Source: Myxococcota bacterium (GTDB taxonomy: Bacteria; Myxococcota_A; UBA9160; UBA6930). From it: 64,000 nt of DNA. Position 1 is the first letter of the stretch, and the number at the start of each line of letters is the position of its first letter. The stretch covers positions 5,536,001 through 5,600,000 of the forward strand of contig OZ245002.1 in the NCBI GenBank assembly GCA_965223415.1, written 5' to 3'. The notes beneath the pieces are model-generated. The model was given only the letters and a program-made list of their open reading frames with translations, was not told where the DNA came from and did no database searches. Both the position numbers and the translations under genes were made by a program. Below are positions 42,270 through 51,449 of this stretch, one piece after another.

Positions 42270-43505
42270 TCACAGGCTCCGCAGGGCGTCGACGGGGCGG
42301 GCGCGGCTCGCCTTGATCGCGGGATAGAGGGCCGCCAGGGCCGCTACGCCGAAGATCGTGATCGCCGAGCCGATCGGGTTCAGGGGCTTCAGCTTGAACG
42401 TCATCACCGGCTCCATGGCGATGATCTCCGCCATGCCCTCCATGTCCCCGCTCAGGGGGATCGGATGTCCCTGGAGGTAGAGGACCACCGGAAGGGCCAG
42501 CACGAGGCCGATCGCGAGGCCGATCCCCGCGAGCATCATCGATTCGAGGTAGACGACGCGGAAGATCGAGGCGGGCTTCAGGCCGAGAGCGAGCATCACA
42601 CCGAGCTCGCGCGCCCGCTCCAGCACCGACATCAGGATCGTGTTGAGGATCCCGAAGGCCACGACGACGACGAGGATGGCGAGCATGATGTACATCCCCG
42701 CATCGTCGATGAAGATGAACTGCTCGAGCTCCGGCATCACCTCGTTCCACGCGTGGAGCTCGAGGGTGCCGCCGGCCCGCTCGGCGAGGAGGCCCTCGAG
42801 GTCGCCCTCCAGGGCCTCCACGTGGTCGGCGCTCTCGGCCAGGAGCGCGATCTCCGACACCCGGTCGCCGTAGGCGAAGAAGGCCTGGGCGTCAGCCAGG
42901 GAGACCACGGCCAGGACGCGCTCCAGCGCCGGCTCGGGCAGGCGCAGGGTGCCGACCACGGTGAAGAGGTCGTAGGCGGTCTCCATCGAGTAGGCGACGG
43001 AGTAGAGCAAGAGCTCGTCGCCCAGCTCGGCACCCAGGTTCTGGGCGAGGCGCTCGCCGAGCACGATGCCGCGCGGCATGCCGTCGACGAAGACGCCGGT
43101 CTTCACCCGGGTCGGCAGGCTCGACACGCTGCCCTCGCGCTCGGGATCGACCCCGAAGAGCGCCACGCCGTAGGTCGAGCTGCCCTTCGACGCCAGCCCG
43201 AAGCCCACCACCCGGGGTGCCACACCCTCGACGCCCGGCGCGGTCTCGAGGCTCTCGAGCAGCTCCGGATCGAGCTCGACGAACTGCTCGAGGGTGCGCT
43301 TCTCCAGGTAGTCCTCGCCGGAGACCTGGAGGTGCCCGGAATGGATGCGCACCCCGTCCTCGATCATCTTCTCGTGCACGCCGGCCGCCATCGCGACGAA
43401 GACCACCACGAGGAAGACGGCAAACACCGTGGCCGCGACGGTCAGCCCCGTTCGCCGGACGTTGCGGCCGATGTTCCGCTTGGCAAGGCGGAGCTCGAGG
43501 CTCAC
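42270..43505 (-). CDS. ABC transporter permease (FtsX/LolE/MacB type)
   Basis: AKRNIGRNVRRT, SGHLQV, FGILNTILMSVLERARELG. Confidence 0.9.
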   Translation of the reverse strand: MSLELRLAKRNIGRNVRRTGLTVAATVFAVFLVVVFVAMAAGVHEKMIEDGVRIHSGHLQVSGEDYLEKRTLEQFVELDPELLESLETAPGVEGVAPRVVGFGLASKGSSTYGVALFGVDPEREGSVSSLPTRVKTGVFVDGMPRGIVLGERLAQNLGAELGDELLLYSVAYSMETAYDLFTVVGTLRLPEPALERVLAVVSLADAQAFFAYGDRVSEIALLAESADHVEALEGDLEGLLAERAGGTLELHAWNEVMPELEQFIFIDDAGMYIMLAILVVVVAFGILNTILMSVLERARELGVMLALGLKPASIFRVVYLESMMLAGIGLAIGLVLALPVVLYLQGHPIPLSGDMEGMAEIIAMEPVMTFKLKPLNPIGSAITIFGVAALAALYPAIKASRARPVDALRSL

Positions 43506-43539
43506 GGGCCGCGTCCCAGCGCGAGCTGGGTTCTCGGGT

Positions 43540-44340
43540 TCAACGATCCCCTCCCTGCGTCAGGTGGCGCTTGGTGAAGATCGTGTCCTCGAACTCCTCG
43601 TCGAAGCGGATCTCGTGGATCTCGATGGCGGTCTCGTGCCCCTCCTTGTCGAGGGGCACCATCGACCACTTGTGCGGGTAGGGCCGGCCGCTCACGTCGC
43701 GGATCTCGGAGAAGCGCATCTCGCGGAGCCGCTCACCGCCTTCGTCGTAGAAGTCCTGGCGAAGAGGCGCCGAGCGCTCCACGTCGACCCAGGTGAGGAT
43801 CTTCCCCCAGACGACCGGTGCGTCCTCGTGGGGCTCGTACTGGAGCACGTAGGCCCGCGGGCCCGCGCCATCCGGATCGATCCCCAGCAGCGTGTGATCG
43901 TAGTCGTCGAGCTGGCTCGACTCGCGCACCAGATCGTCGTTGGTGAAATCGCTGCCCATCCAGCTCTGGAGCATCATCGACGGCGGGATGCGCAGGGTGC
44001 GCTCCACCCGCGGAATGTAGTTCCACATGTTGGGGTGCAGCTTCAGGAAGCCCATGCCCTTGTCCTTGGGCGGCCCGAGGATGCGGATGAAGGAGCGCTT
44101 CTTCGGGCGGTCGTCCCAGCCCTTGAAGGTCACCCGACGCGGCTCCGGCAGACGCGGCGAGACGATCGTCATCGTCGCCTCCATGTAGGAGGTCTGCCCG
44201 CGAAAGATGTCCTCCACCCGCTCGGCGATCTCGCGCCCCGTGAGGCCTTCCGGCGCCGGGTCGAGCGCATCGTCCTGGGCGAACGCGCCGCCCGCGACGA
44301 AGGCGGCTGCGAGCAGCGCGATCCTCCACTTCCACGTCAT
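43540..44340 (-). CDS. LolA-like outer membrane lipoprotein-sorting protein
   Basis: P.KDKG..FLK...MWNYIP, SWMGSDFTNDDL, VVWGK. Confidence 0.85.
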   Translation of the reverse strand: MTWKWRIALLAAAFVAGGAFAQDDALDPAPEGLTGREIAERVEDIFRGQTSYMEATMTIVSPRLPEPRRVTFKGWDDRPKKRSFIRILGPPKDKGMGFLKLHPNMWNYIPRVERTLRIPPSMMLQSWMGSDFTNDDLVRESSQLDDYDHTLLGIDPDGAGPRAYVLQYEPHEDAPVVWGKILTWVDVERSAPLRQDFYDEGGERLREMRFSEIRDVSGRPYPHKWSMVPLDKEGHETAIEIHEIRFDEEFEDTIFTKRHLTQGGDR

Positions 44341-44936
44341 GCGACGAGACCTCCCTTCAAGACCGACACCACCCCCGGCCAGTGGGCGAGCGGATCGTAG
44401 TCCGTGTCGACCGAGGCCTGCAGCAGGATGCCCTCGGTGACGCCGATCAACAGCGATGAGACGCTCGCGACCGGCGCCCGCTTCAGCTCACCCTGCTCCA
44501 TGGCGCGCTCGAGCAGGGCCTCGAGCTGTCCGCGGCTGCGACGGTAGGCCTCGGCAAAGCGCGCGCGCGAGGCGGGGTGCGCCAGGAATTCGATCCACGC
44601 CCGCATCAGATCGCGCCGCTCCATGACCGTGCGCAGCGCCAGCTCGCCGCCGGCCATGATGACGTCGAGGACCGGTCGCGTGCCGTCGTCGAGGGCCTCC
44701 CAATCCGCGAAGTAGCCCTCCATGAACCGGTCGAAGAGCGCGAGGAGCACCTCCTCCTTGCTCTCGAAGTGCCAGTAGAGGCTCCCCTTCGAGAGCCCCG
44801 AGGCCCGCACCAGATCGTCCATGCTCGCCGCGTGGTAGCCCCGCTCGGAGAAGCAGCGGAGCGCCGCGTCGAGGATCTGGGCACGTCGGACCTCGCGGGG
44901 CGCGCGGGTTCGCGGTCGGGAGGCGGGAGTCGCCAT
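44337..44936 (-). CDS. TetR-family regulator
   Basis: QILDAALRCFSERGY..SMDDL..SGLSKGSLYWHFESKE. Confidence 0.92.
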   Translation of the reverse strand: MATPASRPRTRAPREVRRAQILDAALRCFSERGYHAASMDDLVRASGLSKGSLYWHFESKEEVLLALFDRFMEGYFADWEALDDGTRPVLDVIMAGGELALRTVMERRDLMRAWIEFLAHPASRARFAEAYRRSRGQLEALLERAMEQGELKRAPVASVSSLLIGVTEGILLQASVDTDYDPLAHWPGVVSVLKGGLVA

Positions 44937-44941
44937 GAACT

Positions 44942-44977
44942 GACTAGTCAGTCTAGTCGTCTTTCGCGGATCGTCAA
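44942..44977 (-). promoter_or_regulatory. tetR promoter with overlapping palindromic operator
   Basis: TTGACG-16 bp-TAGACT; palindrome GACTAG-N5-CTAGTC (44942-44958) covers the -10 box. Confidence 0.6.
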
Positions 44978-45053
44978 GGGGCGGGAAACCTGGCACCGGA
45001 GCGGACGACGCACCGTATGGCGGGCAAGGCGTGGGCAGGTGAAGCGGCAGTCG

Positions 45054-45081
45054 GGCTGCCATAACCACTTTTATGAATGAC
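45054..45081. other. Degenerate dif-like site (left border of the cassette)
   Basis: GGCTGCCATAA-CCACTT-TTATGAATGAC: CATAA-N6-TTATG core at the drop in GC content. Confidence 0.4.
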
Positions 45082-45192
45082 CAACAAGGGGCCAAGTTAG
45101 CCCCGAGGGGACCAGTCGAGACGACCATATGTCCCGCGTTTTAGGTCAGGATTCGGGGAGCTCGTGAGGCTCGAGCGAGCTGCTGGCGGTCG

Positions 45193-45228
45193 AAACCCGG
45201 GACGTAAGGTCCACTATGTCCCGGGTTT
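45193..45228. other. Tyrosine-recombinase-like core site
   Basis: AAACCCGGGACGTAA-GGTCCA-CTATGTCCCGGGTTT: 15-bp arms (2 mismatches) around a 6-bp spacer; related half-site TATGTCCCGCGTTTT near 45128-45142. Confidence 0.45.
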
Positions 45229-45297
45229 TCGCTTCGCGAGAGCCCTTTCGCACAAGGCAAGAGGCCGAGGCGAGGAGCTGCCGTCTCCCGTTTCGAG

Positions 45298-45807
45298 CTA
45301 GCCCAAAGAGGAGTCGGTGTGGGACGTGAGCTGCTGCCGGTAAACCTCTGCCCGCTCGTATGCGAAGTGGTCCACGAAAAGAGCCGTGAGCCCCAGCATC
45401 ACCATCGTCAAGCCAGCCGCCTTGGCGTTCGGCCCGGCAGCAATGAAGAAGAGCACGAGTCCCGCTACCACCAGGAAGGCTCCCGATGGGAACGTGACGC
45501 GGAAGATGGCGTCGAAACTCTCAACTCGTTCAACTTCGGCGCGAACGAAAGCTTCAGCGTCCACCGCGATTGCCTCCTGGAACCGGGTGATGCGCTGGTT
45601 GTTGTTCCAGATTCCGTATGCGGAGGCTGAGGTTGTGAGCACGGAAAACAAGAGGAACGGGAGCACCAAGGACCTGGCGTTCGGCGTTTCACCGAATGTC
45701 GCGAACGCAGCCGCCGCGGTGCCGACGATGACGCCAGCGGTTCCTATTGCGAACGCCTCCGTGATTTCGCCTCGGCACCAGTCCAGGGAGTACTGGACGA
45801 TGCTCAC
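45298..45807 (-). CDS. Hypothetical 4-TM membrane protein (cassette cargo)
   Basis: GTG start lies within the left copy of the IS3 duplication; four hydrophobic segments. Confidence 0.75.
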   Translation of the reverse strand: MSIVQYSLDWCRGEITEAFAIGTAGVIVGTAAAAFATFGETPNARSLVLPFLLFSVLTTSASAYGIWNNNQRITRFQEAIAVDAEAFVRAEVERVESFDAIFRVTFPSGAFLVVAGLVLFFIAAGPNAKAAGLTMVMLGLTALFVDHFAYERAEVYRQQLTSHTDSSLG

Positions 45808-45875
45808 GTTACCGCGTCCCCCTTTGCTGGGTTGACACATTCGGGTTAGGAAATCCCCTTCGCAGAGAGGGGAAG

Positions 45876-46286
45876 ATGAGCAGGAAGCAGAGCAGGAGTC
45901 GAAGGGGTTCGGGGTCGCCGAGGGGCGGAGCCGAGCGGAGCGAGGCGGAGGCCCTCGGCGACCCCGTGCGCGGCCGGCCGGGTCGTCGTAGCACCGAGGA
46001 GCGGACAGAGGCGGTGCTGGAGCTCTTGAGCGGCAAGGCCAGCGTGGACCAGATTGCCCGGCGTTTCGGCGTTCGCGCGAGCACGGTGGAGGGCTGGCGG
46101 GAGCAGGCGATGGAGGGCATCGGCCAGGCGCTGCGCCAGGGCTCGGGCAAGTCGGCCCGGGAGCTGCAGCTGGAGAAGGAGCTCGGGAGCCTGGAGAAGG
46201 CCTTCACGCACCTGGCGATCAAGCACGAGCTGGTGGATCGGGCGCTCAAGGACCGCCCTTCACGGCCCGGGAGGTCTCGACGATGA
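45876..46286 (+). CDS. IS3-family OrfA (HTH)
   Basis: EAVLELLSG..SVDQIARRFGV..STVEGWR plus a zipper-like tail. Confidence 0.85.
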   Translation: MSRKQSRSRRGSGSPRGGAERSEAEALGDPVRGRPGRRSTEERTEAVLELLSGKASVDQIARRFGVRASTVEGWREQAMEGIGQALRQGSGKSARELQLEKELGSLEKAFTHLAIKHELVDRALKDRPSRPGRSRR

Positions 46287-47170
46287 GCCTCACCACGTCC
46301 CGGGGTGAGGCCAGGGTGGGGCAGCTGTGCGAGGCCTTCGGGATCTCGCGCCAGGCGTACTACACGGCGCGCAAGGCGCCGTCCTCGGCGCAGGAGCCGG
46401 AAGCCCTCCGGCGTCCGGAGCGCCGGGGGCCGTGGGTCTCGGATGCGACGCTGATCGAGAAGATCAAGGACGTGGTGGCCGAGTTTCCGGCCTGGGGCGT
46501 TCGCAAGGTCTGGGCGTACCTGCGGCGGCTGGGGACGGTCGTGTCGCGCAAGCGGGTCTGGAAGCGGATGAAGGCCTTGGGGCTTTGCCTGCCGCCGATC
46601 TCGGAGCGGGCCCAGCCGCTCCAGGGAGGGCATGTGGCGGTGCCGGAATCGAACCGGCGCTGGGCCACGGACCTGACGACGACCTGGACGGCCCAGGAGG
46701 GCACCGTAGCCTTGGTCCCGGTCATCGACTGCGGCGACCGGGTGGTGTTCGACGTCGAGGTGACGAAGTCCCAGGAGTCGCCCGCCGTCCTGGCGCCGGT
46801 CGAACGGAGCCTCGAAGAGGCCTTCGGGTCGCGCGCGTCGGTGCCCGAGGGGCTGGAGCTTCGCAGCGACCACGGGCCGCAGTACACGGGCTCGGACTGC
46901 GAGGCCCTCTGCAAGGCCTGGCGCCTCGACCACACGTTCGCGCCCGTGGGCCGACCCACGGGCAACGCCGTCGCCGAGCGCTTCATCCAGACGCTGAAGG
47001 TGGAGCTGATCTGGACGCAAGACTGGCAGACCGTCGCCGAGCTTCGCGAGGCCGTGAAGCAGTGGCTGCACGTCTACAACCACGTCCGGCCTCACCAAGC
47101 TCTCGGCTGGATGACGCCTGCCGAGAAACGAGCCGAGAACCTCGGTATCGAGTTCAACCAGGCCGCTTGA
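46283..47170 (+). CDS. IS3-family OrfB DDE transposase
   Basis: WATDLT, IDC, RSDHGPQY, NAVAERF..TLK, YNHVRPHQALG; -1 frame with ATGA overlap. Confidence 0.92.
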   Translation: MSLTTSRGEARVGQLCEAFGISRQAYYTARKAPSSAQEPEALRRPERRGPWVSDATLIEKIKDVVAEFPAWGVRKVWAYLRRLGTVVSRKRVWKRMKALGLCLPPISERAQPLQGGHVAVPESNRRWATDLTTTWTAQEGTVALVPVIDCGDRVVFDVEVTKSQESPAVLAPVERSLEEAFGSRASVPEGLELRSDHGPQYTGSDCEALCKAWRLDHTFAPVGRPTGNAVAERFIQTLKVELIWTQDWQTVAELREAVKQWLHVYNHVRPHQALGWMTPAEKRAENLGIEFNQAA

Positions 47171-47242
47171 GGCCGCAACCAGGAGGGGATTCCCAGCTCA
47201 GATCGTGTCAACCGCCAGGGGGGACAGGGCACTGGACGATGC

Positions 47243-47443
47243 TCACGTGGCAAGACCTACGGCGCTCTCACTGATGCGCATGAGCCTCGAAACGGTTTCG
47301 GAATCGCGCGTCTCTGGGTTCGGGGGCCGCACAGTATCCTCGTAGACATACTTGCCCGAAACGCCCTCGAATGAAGAGGAGACCGCGAGTCTGGCGATTC
47401 GGTCTGCGCCCACCTCCGCTGGAGACGCGAGGAACCGCATCAT
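47243..47443 (-). pseudogene. SDR oxidoreductase, 3' fragment
   Basis: Joins in frame (GRP-MMRFLAS) to 52282 after removing the IS21 and one ATCAT. Confidence 0.85.
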
Positions 47444-47551
47444 CCTCGGTGGACACCCAAAACCGGCCATAGAAGGACGTCTGAAAAGCGGCCATAGGGG
47501 CTGACGCCCAGGACGTTGACGACGGCGAGGGACCTGCGATCCCCCGCCGCC

Positions 47552-47772
47552 ATGGCGAACCTTCTGGGCAACGAGAAACGCGAGCAGATTCTGGCACTTG
47601 GCCGCCTCGGCTGGTCGCTTCGGCGGATCGAGGAGGCGACGGGCGTGCGCCGGGAGACGGCGAGCCGTTACCTCCGGGCCGCGGGGATCGCGGTGCGATC
47701 TCCTGGTCGCTGGGGGCACGGGGCCCCAAACCCGGCCATAGAGGCGTCCACCGACTCGAAGGCCCCGGCAAA
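47552..47772 (+). pseudogene. istA: Outer istA, 5' fragment (HTH)
   Basis: MANLLGNEKREQILALGRLGWSLRRIEEATGVRRET; rejoins 50081 in frame. Confidence 0.87.
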
Positions 47773-47870
47773 TGTCGCAGGACGTGATATTCGAGGGCTA
47801 AGAGGACACGTAGATTTGCGCACCTCCTGTTGAGCCGCTGCGCGGCACGTTCCCCGTGAGGGAGGGGGGC

Positions 47871-49142
47871 GTGGGGCAGCGGCGACTGAGGCAGGAGGAA
47901 GTGATGACGATCGAAGTGCTGCACGAGCGGGGGTGCTCGAACCGGGAGATCGCCCGCCAGCTGGGGATCCGGGAGAGCGCGGTGCGCTACCGGCTGAAGC
48001 GGCTGGCGGAGGGGGCGCGAGACGGCCGGAGCGGGAAGCCCTTCCTGGCCGAGGCGGTCCACGAGGTGATCGCGGAGTGGCTGGAGGCGAGCTCGGGAGG
48101 CCGTGGCGTGAACCTGCAGGAGCTTCACGAGTTCCTGGTGGAGGAGCACGGGTACACGGGGAGCTCCAAGAGCGTGCAGCGGTACGTGCGGGCCCGGTTC
48201 CCGAGACCGAAGGTGCGGAGCCGGCGTCGGGTGGAGACACCGCCCGGGGCGCAGGGTCAGGTGGACTGGGGCGAGTTTCCGGGCGTGCGGATCGGGGGCC
48301 AGGAGGTGGACCTGCATGCCTTCCACCTGGTGCTCTCGCACTCGCGGCGAGAAGCGGTGGTGTGGTCGGAGCGGGCGGACACGCTGGCGTGGCTGGACGT
48401 GCACAACCGGGCCTTCGAGCGGCTGGGCGGGGTGCCGGCGGTGCTGCGGGTCGACAACGTGAAGACAGCGGTGGCGAAGGGGGCGGGGCCATGGGGGACG
48501 GTGAACCCGGCTTACGCGAGCTATGCCGGGGCCCTTCGCTTCCACGTGGACGCCACCCGTCCCCGCCAGCCGCAGGAGAAGGGGAAGGTGGAGCGTCGGA
48601 TCCTGGGGCACCGGCGGGGCTTCGATCCGCGTCGGCGGGAGCACGAGAGCCTGGAGTCGCTGCAAGCGTGGACGGACGGCCAGGTGGCGCGCTCGAGCCA
48701 CCGGCGGCAGTGCCCGGCGACGGGCACGACGGTCTTCCAGGCGTGGGAGGCGGAGAAGCCCCATCTCGGGGCCCTGCCCGAGCGGCTTCCCGAGCCCTTC
48801 GACCTGGCCGTGATGCGACGTGTCGGGCGCGACGCCACGGTGCGCTTCGAGGGGCGTACCTACAGCGTCCCCTTCCGCTTCGTCGAGCAGAGCGTCGAGG
48901 TGCGCGGCTGCGCCCGGCAGGTGCAGGTCTGGGCCGAGGGCTCGGTGGTGGCCGCGCACCCGCGCCACACGCGAAGCCGCCTGCTGCTGGACCCGAGCCA
49001 CTACGAGGGGCCGAGCACGGAGGGGGTGGAGGCGCCCGTACCGCTCGGGCGCATGGGTCGACGCCTCCAGGAGCTGTGGGCGATGGAGCCGGAGCAGCGG
49101 CCGATCGACCTCTATGCCGATCTGGCGGAGGTGGCGCGATGA
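47871..49142 (+). CDS. istA: IS21 transposase IstA (inner)
   Basis: ETPPGAQGQVDWG, LSHSR, DNVKTAV, KGKVER, YSVP; start uncertain. Confidence 0.92.
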   Translation: MGQRRLRQEEVMTIEVLHERGCSNREIARQLGIRESAVRYRLKRLAEGARDGRSGKPFLAEAVHEVIAEWLEASSGGRGVNLQELHEFLVEEHGYTGSSKSVQRYVRARFPRPKVRSRRRVETPPGAQGQVDWGEFPGVRIGGQEVDLHAFHLVLSHSRREAVVWSERADTLAWLDVHNRAFERLGGVPAVLRVDNVKTAVAKGAGPWGTVNPAYASYAGALRFHVDATRPRQPQEKGKVERRILGHRRGFDPRRREHESLESLQAWTDGQVARSSHRRQCPATGTTVFQAWEAEKPHLGALPERLPEPFDLAVMRRVGRDATVRFEGRTYSVPFRFVEQSVEVRGCARQVQVWAEGSVVAAHPRHTRSRLLLDPSHYEGPSTEGVEAPVPLGRMGRRLQELWAMEPEQRPIDLYADLAEVAR

Positions 49143-49939
49143 CGGCGGGAAACCCGGTGCCCAAGAAGGGCGGCAAGGTGGATCTCGACCCGACCCGCGA
49201 GCGGCTCGTGCGCCTCGGCCTCCATCACGCGGCCGAGCACATCGGCGAGGAGCTGGCCCGAGCGACCAAGGACGACCTCGTGCCCCACCGCTTCCTCGAC
49301 CTGCTGCTCGAGGCCGAGCTGCAGCACCGCGAGGAGCGGAGGATGAAGACCTCGCTCCGTCTCTCGGGCCTTCCCACGGGGCAGACCCTCGGCAACTTCG
49401 ACTTCGCCTTCCAGCCGAGTGTGGAGCGGAGCCGGATCGAGACGCTGGGCACCTGCGCGTGGATCCGGGCCAAGGAGAGTCTGCTGATCCAGGGTCCGCC
49501 GGGAGTGGGCAAGACCCACCTGGCGGTGGCCCTGGGGGTGCGGGCCGTGGAGAACGGCTTCTCCGTGGCCTTCCATCGCCTCGAGGACCTGCTGGCGGCC
49601 CTCAAGCGCGACGCCGAGATCAGCCCGCAACGGCTGCGGCGGCGCAAGCACATGAACGTGGCGCTCCTCGTCATCGACGAGGTCGGCTTCGAGCCCATGA
49701 CGCGCCAGGAGGCGAGCCTCTTCTTCCGGCTCGTCTCCTACCGCTATGGGAGGGGCTCGATCCTGATCACCACGAACAAGGGCATCGCCGACTGGCCCGA
49801 GGTGCTGGCGGGCGACGAGGTGCTGGCCACCGCCATCCTCGATCGCCTCCTCCACCACAGCCAGGTGCTCAACATCTCGGGGCGGAGCTACCGGCTCCGC
49901 GAGCTCGAGCAGGCCGCGGGGCAAAGCGCCCAGCGTTGA
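49139..49939 (+). CDS. istB: IS21 helper ATPase IstB (inner)
   Basis: FDFAFQP, GPPGVGKTHLA, VIDEVG, AILDRLLHH, SYRL. Confidence 0.94.
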   Translation: MTAGNPVPKKGGKVDLDPTRERLVRLGLHHAAEHIGEELARATKDDLVPHRFLDLLLEAELQHREERRMKTSLRLSGLPTGQTLGNFDFAFQPSVERSRIETLGTCAWIRAKESLLIQGPPGVGKTHLAVALGVRAVENGFSVAFHRLEDLLAALKRDAEISPQRLRRRKHMNVALLVIDEVGFEPMTRQEASLFFRLVSYRYGRGSILITTNKGIADWPEVLAGDEVLATAILDRLLHHSQVLNISGRSYRLRELEQAAGQSAQR

Positions 49940-50080
49940 GGCCCCAGAGGGCGGCCTGACGGCCGTGCTCTCCTTCGGAGAGCGGAAGAGAAGAAGGAAG
50001 AACCGAACATCAACCCAGGGGGGTGCGCAAAACTAGCCGTCCTCTTAGCGCGCAAGAGATGACGTCCCTCGACAAGCAAA

Positions 50081-51449
50081 AGCGGCCAAAGAGGCGTCCA
50101 CCGATCCGGCCTGGCCGCCGATGCCGGGCCGGAGCCCCCAGGCCAGCGCCTGCGAGCCCTACCGCGAGTGGATCGAGGCGGGCGTGCGCCAGGGCCGGAC
50201 GGCGATGGCGATCTGGCAGGACCTGGTCGATGACCACGGCTTCGCCTTCAGCTATGCGAGTGTGAAGCGCTTCGTGGCGAAGCAGCGAGCCGCGGCGCCG
50301 CGCGAGGCGCACCCGGTGATCGAGACGGCACCGGGAGAAGAGGGCCAGGTCGACTACGGCGACGGGCCGATGGTGCGGCATCCCGGGTCGGGGAAGTACC
50401 GGCGCACGAGGCTGTTCGTCTTCACCCTGGGCTACAGCCGCAAGTGCGTTCGGCTGCTCGTGTGGAAGTCGAGCAGCCAGGTCTGGTCGGAGCTGCACGA
50501 GAAGGCCTTCCGCCGGCTGGGCGGTGCACCGCGCACCGTCGTCCTCGACAACCTCAAGGAGGGCGTTCTCAAGCCCGACGTCTACGACCCCGCGCTCAAC
50601 CCCCTCTACCGCGATGTGCTCGCCCACTACGGCGTGACGGCGCTTCCGTGCCGGGTGCGCCACCCCGATCGCAAGGGGAAGGTCGAGTCCGGGGTGCGCC
50701 ACGCGCAGCAGAAGGTCCGCGGGATGCGCTTCGAGTCGCTCGAGCAGGCCCAGGCCTACCTCGACCGCTGGGAGCGCCGGTGGGCCGACACCCGCATCCA
50801 CGGCACGACCAAGCGCCAGGTGGCGGCGATGTACGAAGAGGAGAAGCCGCACCTGCTCGGGCTTCCCATCGAGCCCTTCCGCTACTACCAGCACGGCGAG
50901 CGCACGGTGCACCTCGACGGGGCCATCGAGGTGGAGGGGGCCTACTACCACGCGCCGCCGGGCTGGCTGGGGCGGCGGGTGGCCGTCCAATGGGACGGGC
51001 TGCGGGTGCGGATGCTCGATCTGCAGACGGGGGAGCTGCTGCGCGAGCACGTCCGCCAGAGGCGGGGGCGCCGCAGGATGCGGGAGGAGGACCGCCCGAA
51101 GCGGACGCCGGCCACGACCCTCCAGCTGCTCGCGCGGGCCCGGCGGGCCGGCGCCCACGTGGGCGAGGTGTGTGAGGCGATCCATCGCCTGGACGGCGAG
51201 CCCGGGGTGCGCCGCATCCTGGGCGTGCTCTCCCTGTGCAAGCGCCACGGCATCCCTCGCGTCGACGATGCCTGCGCCACCGCCCTGGCCCTCGAGCTGC
51301 CCACCTACGCGTTCGTCAAGCGCTACCTGGAGCGTCAGCCCGAGCTGCCGCTCTCGCTCAAGCAGGTGGACCCGCTCATCCGCCAGCTCACCCACTACCG
51401 CGATCTCATCGATCGCCGCACCGAGGAGACCTCTCGTGAATCTGACTGA
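50081..51449 (+). pseudogene. istA: Outer istA, 3' fragment (DDE core)
   Basis: ETAPGEEGQVDYG, LGYSR, DNLKEGV, KGKVE. Confidence 0.88.

Larger units (their letters stand above)
45810..47231 (+). mobile_element. IS3-family element (IS2-like TA/TG ends)
   Basis: IRs TACCGCGTCCCCCTTTGCTGGGTTGACAC / TGCCCTGTCCCCCCTGGCGGTTGACAC; flanking 17-bp direct repeat CTGGACGATGCTCACGT. Confidence 0.88.
47773..50074 (+). mobile_element. Inner IS21-family element
   Basis: TGTCGCAGGACGT../..ACGTCCCTCGACA ends; GCAAA at 47768-47772 and 50076-50080. Confidence 0.9.
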
